This document shows, in pieces, positions 63,187 to 64,000 of a DNA stretch of 64,000 bases. The notes beneath the pieces were generated by a model, which did not search any database, was not told the origin of the DNA, and saw nothing but the letters and a program-made list of their open reading frames with translations. Where the stretch lies: assembly GCA_965223795.1 (NCBI GenBank), contig CBDCXL010000001.1, positions 320,001-384,000 of the forward strand, written 5' to 3'. Made by a program: the position numbers and the translations under genes. Numbering within the stretch: the first letter of the stretch is position 1; the number at the start of each line of letters is the position of its first letter. Source of the stretch: Nitrospinales bacterium. Lineage in GTDB: Bacteria > Nitrospinota > Nitrospinia > Nitrospinales > VA-1.

Positions 63187-63957
63187 ATGATTCAAGGCAA
63201 ACGCATCACGGTGGTCATGCCCGCCTACAACGCGGAAAAGACCCTGCGCCGCACCTACGAGGAGATCCCCAAAGACATCGTCGACAACGTGCTGCTCACC
63301 GACGACGCCAGCAGCGACCGCACCATCGAGGTGGCGAAGGACCTGGGCATCCGCACCTTCGTGCACGAGTCCAACCAGGGCTACGGCGCCAACCAGAAGA
63401 CCTGTTACCGCGAGGCGGTCAACCTGGGCAGCGACATCGTCGTCATGCTGCACCCGGACTACCAGTACACGCCCCGGCTCATCACCGCGATGGCGTCGAT
63501 GATCGCCGAAGGGGTGTTCGATGCGGTGATCGGCTCGCGCATTCTGGGAAACCAGGCGATGGCGGGCGGCATGCCGGTCTACAAATACGTTTCCAACCGC
63601 TTCCTGACGCTGGTGGAAAACTGGATCATCCAGCAAAAGCTGTCCGAATACCATACGGGCTACCGGGCGTTCAGCGCCGAGACGCTCAAGGCCATTCCGC
63701 TTCTGGAAAATTCCGACGATTTCGTGTTCGACAACGAAATGCTGCTGCAGGCGCTGTATTTCGGTTTCAAGGTGGGTGAGGTGTCCTGCCCGGCACGCTA
63801 TTTCCCCGAGGCGTCCTCCATCAGCTTCAGCCGCAGCGTGACCTACGGCCGCGGCGTGCTCACGACCGCCATGAAATACTTTCTCGCCAAACGGGGGCTG
63901 GCGTCGTTTCCCATCTTCGACCCGGACGGGAAAAAGCTTTCCGGAGAGACAGGATAA
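63187..63957 (+). CDS. Family 2 glycosyltransferase
   Basis: VVMPAYNA, DDAS.D.T, N.GYGANQK, LHPDYQY and GYRAF motifs. Confidence 0.93.
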   Translation: MIQGKRITVVMPAYNAEKTLRRTYEEIPKDIVDNVLLTDDASSDRTIEVAKDLGIRTFVHESNQGYGANQKTCYREAVNLGSDIVVMLHPDYQYTPRLITAMASMIAEGVFDAVIGSRILGNQAMAGGMPVYKYVSNRFLTLVENWIIQQKLSEYHTGYRAFSAETLKAIPLLENSDDFVFDNEMLLQALYFGFKVGEVSCPARYFPEASSISFSRSVTYGRGVLTTAMKYFLAKRGLASFPIFDPDGKKLSGETG

Positions 63958-64000
63958 CTGACTGGCAAAGACGAAAAGAAACTGGACAGGATGAACAGGA

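Overview
This is a GC-rich (roughly 60% by eye) bacterial chromosomal segment made up mostly of housekeeping genes: yceD-rpmF-plsX-fabH-fabD-fabG-acpP-fabF-rnc, xerD, fbp-hisS-fur, acs, rdgB, rlmN, lpdA, sppA, TRAP dctQM, ogt-recO-ridA, ugd, queA, HU/IHF, mtnP-hemL-eno-ftsB and leuB-asd. Several respiratory or nitrogen-cycle genes are interspersed: a CydA-like 'cytochrome bd-like' protein paired with a membrane diheme cytochrome c instead of CydB, a copper nitrite reductase (NirK) coupled to a MOSC protein, a stand-alone tetraheme cytochrome c554 homologue and a small diheme cytochrome c. This gene content suggests a Nitrospina-like nitrite oxidiser, which is an inference I could not verify. 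I found no rRNA, tRNA, CRISPR array, transposase, reverse transcriptase or prophage. The observations most worth a second look are: a 762-aa coiled-coil protein built from about 20 tandem 31-residue units; two unannotated, promoter-preceded, highly structured intergenic RNA candidates (about 3177-3344 on the minus strand and about 18632-18770 on the plus strand); a Met-to-Leu change at the NirK type-1 Cu axial ligand; the c554 homologue with an atypical CxxxCH motif; a pilin-like lipoprotein with a C-terminal membrane domain; a low-GC pentapeptide-repeat gene; a palindromic repeat family; and two single-base frameshifts about 270 bp apart that may be sequencing errors. All assignments come from motif recognition by eye, with no database searches.
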